Origin: Paragordius varius
Lineage: Eukaryota; Animalia; Nematomorpha
NCBI GenBank assembly: GCA_964247055.1
Contig: OZ176059.1
Coordinates: 2,542,001-2,606,000 of the forward strand
Reading direction: 5' to 3'
Length of the DNA stretch: 64,000 nucleotides
A program made the translations under genes and the position numbers. Below are positions 60,885-64,000 of the stretch, piece after piece; positions within the stretch are counted from its first letter, which is position 1; every line of letters begins with the position of its first letter. Below the pieces are notes generated by a model, which did no database searches, was not told the DNA's origin, and saw nothing but the letters and a program-made list of their open reading frames with translations.

Positions 60885-61232
60885 CTATATTACAAAAAAA
60901 CATTTTATAAGTGGTGTTGCGTTAATTAAATTTCTATATTTTATGCACGAAAGAAGCGCAGAATGCCGACCAATCTTAAGTTCATTCCATTTAAATCTTT
61001 TAAAGTATTGGAAAAAAAATTATATCCAAAGTCCCATACTTTAAACTATAATCCATTAGAGCCCTAAAAAATTCTCAAAATAGCTGTCCTAAGAATGAAA
61101 AGATTTAAACAGATGTGTTACATTTATCGAGACAATTAATTAAATTAAAAGTTTTACAGCTTAGCTAGCACTTGACATGTTGGACACAATAAAAATTAGT
61201 TTAATAAAATAATTTCCGATCTATGCGGAAAT

Positions 61233-61641
61233 CAGAGGCGTCTAATGGGGAGGGGCTGATGCATTGGGCCCATAGTTAAAGGGGCGCCTGATTATATAAA
61301 ATTTTAATTTTATTTCAAAAAATAGGTTTAATAAGTTATTATTTTAAATAATTCATAAAAAAATCTAAAAGTTAGTTTAATAAAATAATTTCCAATCTAA
61401 TTGAGGTAAAGAGAAGATGCGGAAATTAGAGGCATAGCTAATGGGGATGGGGGCTGATGCAATGGGCCCATAGTTAAAGGGGAGCCTGATAATAAAATTT
61501 TATTTTTATTAAAATAGGTTTTCAAAGTTATTATTTTATATAACACATAAAAAAATCATCCATTCATGAGTGCGGTTTGAATTCGATTTTTTATAAAATT
61601 CAAGGGGTCGCATGGATGGGGAGGGTGAAGATACGCCTCTG
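61233..61641. mobile_element. Non-autonomous hAT element with a tandem duplication spanning its left junction
   Basis: TIR CAGAGGCGT / ACGCCTCTG; exact 8-bp TSD GCGGAAAT (61225-61232 and 61642-61649); a second copy of flank plus left end at about 61370-61520. Confidence 0.8.
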
Positions 61642-62551
61642 GCGGAAATAATAATTGCTGGAAAATTAAAATCATGCCATATCTTAATTTAGCAACTTTG
61701 ATTTTTTTAAAGACCCGCTGTGACGGATCATAACTAACATTTTTATATATTTAACAAGAGATGGGTTTATCTGAAAAAACCGGCTTGACTGCTTAAAACT
61801 AATCATCATTGATGATAAGCAAAAATTAACATTATGCAAATATATGTTGTGATCCCAAAGTAAATTTTCTCTTTAAATAATTATGACATACAATTAGAAT
61901 AAATTTGTTGAATATCAATACTTATCATCTTTTTATCAAATTTTAATGGATATTTCATCACTTTACATATGGTTAAAATTTTTGGTTTGTTCTTATTATG
62001 TCCAACTCAGTACAACTGCATTAATGATAAACAAACCGAACTTTAATATCATCTCTTATAATAATAATCTAAACAGATTATTTAAAATAATTTTTTTTTA
62101 TACCGAAAAAATTATTGAGTTTTTGGGGTAGCAATGGAAAAATATTAGACCATGAAATAGCTTATGACAAGCGATTTCATTTGCCGCAAAAATTTTTAAT
62201 TGTTGACGACCTAGAATTTGAAATATGGAGAAAAAATGGACAAAAAGTGAAAATTAAGGATCAATACGGTTATTCAAAAATAATGATAAAACCTGATATA
62301 TTATGGTTTATTATCATTTTATTTACAAATACAGAGGTTTTATTAGAACTGATCAAAAAAAGTGTTTTTTCCTTTAAAATACTTAAAATACAACAAAAAA
62401 TTTATGAAACTATATTAAAATATTTTAATTATATATTAATTAAATTGACTATTAAGAGCTTCACATTTTAATTATTGAAATAAAATTAATAAAATATTGT
62501 TTTTGTCCTTTGTGATCTGGTTTATGAGTGTATTAATTTACTGTTTAATTA

Positions 62552-62776
62552 TAAAATCTTACATGAGCGGGAACTACAAAGTATCTAAATTAAAAAAGGG
62601 ATTTGCAAGACGTAATATCAACCTAAATCCGTACAAATCCTAATAAAAATATTAATATGTCTTAAAAACAAACTTATTACTGGGATTTGTATCGATTTTA
62701 GGATAATATTTCACTACTTGTTAATCCTTTTTTATTAATTTATATACCTTGTTTTTCCCGCTCATGTAAGATTTTA
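62552..62776. mobile_element. MITE family F
   Basis: Perfect inverted repeat AAAATCTTACATGAGCGGGAA (62553-62573) / TTCCCGCTCATGTAAGATTTT (62755-62775). Confidence 0.7.
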
Positions 62777-62861
62777 ATATAAAACACTAAATTTATTATG
62801 CACGCATAAACCAGATGACAAAGAACAAAAAACAATGATTTATTAATTATGTTATATAAAG

Positions 62862-63440
62862 TTATTTTTTAAATGTATATAATATGATTGTTAAAATTGT
62901 AATAGTGAAACGCTTGTTATGGTTTTGTATATTTGTAATAACCTTGGTGTCAGCAATGAAGTGTCCTTCCTTGCAAACGTGTTCAGATAAACCTGAGGTG
63001 GGTTTATTAAGACGAATGTATTGAGAGTGTTTACGTAAACGAACGTCTCTACCTCTACCATTCTCCCTTCTATAGACGCTTTCAAATGAACATATGGCTT
63101 TGTAAATACCAGGTAGTTTGTTTTTGGGTGTAGGATCTTTGTTTTTGATTAAATTGATAAGTTTTGTCATGGGCTTATGTACTGTACGGATATTCAATCT
63201 ATTGAACACGTTTATGTGAAAGCGTCTTTATAGGTGAAAGTGGAAAAAGTACAGACGTTCGTTTACGTGAACACTCTCAATACATTCGCCTTAATAAACC
63301 CACCTCAGGTTTATCTGAACACGTTTGCAAGGAAGGACACTTCATTGCTGACACCAAGGTAATTACAAATGTAGAAAACCATAACAAGCGTCTCATACGC
63401 GAATCAATAGAAATTAAGAAATACAATGCATCACTTAATA
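62862..63440. mobile_element. Penelope-like element remnant: GIY-YIG endonuclease 3' end present as an inverted pair
   Basis: Minus: NRLNIRTVHKP...GIYKAICSFESVY...VRLRKHSQYIRLNKPTSGLSEH. Plus: IGESGKSTDVRLREHSQYIRLNKPTSGLSEH...KRLIRESIEIKK...LNRDDG*. The two 175-bp arms are 62910-63084 and 63217-63391. Confidence 0.8.
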
Positions 63441-64000
63441 GGGACGATGGCCTAATTTAATACAATAACAAAATAACTCTATATCAATTCATTGTAACTA
63501 TCACATAATCCATTACACTAATCAATATTTATGTCTTTTATATTTAAGGGTTATTGATTTTTTCCAGTATACAATAATTTTGATGTTACTGGTTTTTTCA
63601 TCAATTACCTATATCACACTATATAAGGCATCTTATTCCGTTATAATTCATTCACTTTTTATAAAGACCTTACAATAAAAGTCGAATTAAAATTTGTATT
63701 TTTATTATATACGCATTTTAGCTTAATTTTAAATAATTTGTTTTTATATAGTTTTATAAAAAATAATTTGTCAATTATGTTAAAGAAAAACCACGATTTT
63801 TGAGATTTAAATAAGAACCATACATATATGATTATAGGCTATTTATAAATTTTAAATATCTCATAAAATGATAATAAATCCTGCATTACAAATCCTTTTA
63901 TTTTTTTAATTATCCCTAATTTTTACTTTTTTTCGATTTTCTTTTAATATTTTAAAGGTCGTCGACAAATAAATAATTTTGCGGCAAAGGAATTTGCTGG

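Noticed and set aside
62862-63700. Hammerhead ribozyme expected in Penelope terminal repeats
   Set aside because: No CTGATGA...GAAA core found on either strand near the element.
60885-64000. Search for further Duox peroxidase-domain exons (e.g. RDGDRFWFEN)
   Set aside because: None found on the minus strand. They most likely lie beyond the window, so I do not claim a truncated Duox.

Overview
This is very AT-rich, intron-containing animal DNA, most likely from an invertebrate. The Duox sequence looks ecdysozoan-like, but the organism cannot be fixed from sequence alone. I reconstructed five host genes by hand from GT-AG sites and reading-frame phase: (1) the 5' part of an SLC6 Na/Cl-dependent amino-acid transporter (minus strand, runs off the left edge); (2) a small NDUFB1/Deltameth_res-like mitochondrial protein (minus), head-to-head with (3) a 12-exon ABCC10/MRP7 transporter of about 2167 aa (plus); (4) a 3-exon, 98-aa secreted Arg/Ser-rich prepropeptide that the ORF track misses (plus, 42465-43165); and (5) 20 exons of a dual oxidase (minus), whose peroxidase-domain exons lie beyond the right edge. 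Introns and spacers hold many mobile elements: an integrase-only Ty3/gypsy element with matching LTRs nested in a MITE, an intact RTE LINE starting with a minimal HDV-like ribozyme, a decayed gypsy copy whose LTR is inverted relative to the first element, a Penelope-like inverted fragment, hAT remnants and at least six MITE families. The strongest leads are the orphan cationic peptide precursor, the ribozyme, the integrase-only LTR element, the inverted LTR and the degenerate Duox EF-hands. All comparisons were made by eye or from remembered family motifs; no database searches were run.
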